This document shows positions 32,899 through 34,184 of a DNA stretch of 34,184 nucleotides, in pieces. The DNA lies in IMG/VR virus record IMGVR_UViG_3300037963_000465, positions 1 to 34,184 of that record, one strand, 5' to 3'. Source of the DNA: a virus (Duplodnaviria > Caudoviricetes). The translations under genes and the position numbers were made by a program. The number at the start of each line of letters is the position of its first letter. The stretch's first letter is position 1. Below the pieces are notes generated by a model. The model was not told the origin of the DNA. It did no database searches and worked only from the letters and a program-made list of their open reading frames with translations.

Positions 32899-33368
32899 CG
32901 TGTGTAATTCATTAACAATTCATAAAATCCATAACACAATGCTAAACAAACACCAATACCAATTAAACTAAATACACCATCTAAATACATTCTTCTTCTT
33001 CTTCTTTGTCTATAAACTAATCTTTCTCTTTTAGCTTTAATATCTTTACGCATCTGTATCATTTCACGATACGTTTCAATTCCATATACAACTACAATTA
33101 AATCTCTTATATCTTTTTCTTGTTGCTCTATTTTCTTTTTAACAATAATAGCGTTTAAAGCCTCCTGTTCTACTGATCCATTATCTAAAATCTTTCTAAA
33201 TAGTGGAGGATTTTCACTTGCTTTTTGTGCTTCTTTTATGTCAGCAGCATAACCATACCAGCGACCTAAATGCTGTGCAACATCTTCAATTTCCCTACCA
33301 GCTTGTACAAGTTTTTGAACGCCTTTAAAAGCCGTTGTCGCCATCGACAATAGAGCAAGCGGTTCCAT
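32895..33368 (-). CDS. Helical protein with C-terminal TM
   Basis: 157 aa, Arg run followed by a hydrophobic helix. Confidence 0.75.
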   Translation of the reverse strand: MEPLALLSMATTAFKGVQKLVQAGREIEDVAQHLGRWYGYAADIKEAQKASENPPLFRKILDNGSVEQEALNAIIVKKKIEQQEKDIRDLIVVVYGIETYREMIQMRKDIKAKRERLVYRQRRRRRMYLDGVFSLIGIGVCLALCYGFYELLMNYTR

Positions 33369-33632
33369 TTATTTTCCCATATATAATATAAAAGATATTA
33401 TAGCTGTTAGTAAAATCCATCCGAATCTTTCGGTATTTTTTATAAAATTTCCTTGTAAACTTACAGATTCTTTTAAGGCTTCTAAATCATCTTCTTGTTC
33501 ATCGGCACGAAACTCTAATCTATCTATTCTACTTGTTGATGATTCAAGGCGTTCTTCAATACGTGCGCCCATAATAGCTACATTATCTAGCTTCTTTTCA
33601 ATTCTATCCAATCGTGTTTCGTCCATATCCAT
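33369..33632 (-). CDS. Coiled-coil protein with C-terminal TM (XhlA-like architecture)
   Basis: RLDRIEKKLD...RIEERL...RIDRLE plus terminal TM. Confidence 0.65.
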   Translation of the reverse strand: MDMDETRLDRIEKKLDNVAIMGARIEERLESSTSRIDRLEFRADEQEDDLEALKESVSLQGNFIKNTERFGWILLTAIISFILYMGK

Positions 33633-33638
33633 AATCTA

Positions 33639-34184
33639 TTATTGAGGGCAAACAGGTAATTCTGTATTTACACCACCAACACCTATTACTCCAGATGTTT
33701 GATTATTTACACAGTTAACACCAGCAACCCACACAGTATTAGAATTAGTTACTTGTGTTAGTATTGCATCTAATTGAGAATCATAATTAGGAATTGAAAT
33801 ACCACCAATTGCATCAAGAATACTTTGAAAATTACTAGTGTAATTAGGAAACTGTAAGTTGTCTAAAGCGTTCAGTACAGTAGATGAATTTCCTCCAGAA
33901 CCACCATTAATACTTGCTAATCCTAATCCAAGTCCTAGATCTACTGCTTGTTGACCGGATACATTAATTGCATCATAAGAACCTAAACCAAGGTTCAACA
34001 TATTATCGCTGTTATTACCTAACATGTTATAAAGGGCTGTGGTTTTCTGACCGTCCTGTTGAATCCTAGCAAGATTAGATTGCATTGCATAACGTGCCGT
34101 AGACTTTTGTGCATCTGAACTAATCCACATACTTCCAAGACTTCCGGCAACTGGTAGTACCGCTTTAGTCCATTCAAGAGCTAC
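33639..34184 (-). CDS. Hypothetical protein, 5'-truncated by the window edge
   Basis: Frame stays open upstream of 34130 (VALEWTKAVLPVAGSLGSMW...). Confidence 0.75.
   Translation of the reverse strand, partial: VALEWTKAVLPVAGSLGSMWISSDAQKSTARYAMQSNLARIQQDGQKTTALYNMLGNNSDNMLNLGLGSYDAINVSGQQAVDLGLGLGLASINGGSGGNSSTVLNALDNLQFPNYTSNFQSILDAIGGISIPNYDSQLDAILTQVTNSNTVWVAGVNCVNNQTSGVIGVGGVNTELPVCPQ

Overview
AT-rich segment of a lytic dsDNA podophage, probably marine, with a two-arm layout like SIO1/cobavirus-type (Zobellviridae-like) phages. The taxonomic call is an inference from gene content. A non-coding region at 1283-1913 holds back-to-back sigma70 promoters and about seven packed inverted repeats, and probably marks the genome end or origin. 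The + arm (1914-16777) carries early genes (HhH-GPD-like, DUF932, ArfA-like, DUF3310, SleB, HD protein), then SSB, primase-helicase, Tyr762-type PolA, three nucleases and a class II (B12-dependent) RNR. No phage RNA polymerase is seen in the window. The - arm carries terS and the 5' end of terL at the left edge. At the right it carries membrane/lysis genes, IscU, small basic proteins, an M15 endolysin and large ejection-type proteins, one with an ART-PolyVal-like domain. The most striking signal is three 83-100 aa +1-frame ORFs nested inside polA and nrdJ. Each has its own Shine-Dalgarno sequence and a local synonymous-codon shift in the host gene, suggesting hidden overprinted genes. All family calls come from motif recognition by eye; no searches were run.
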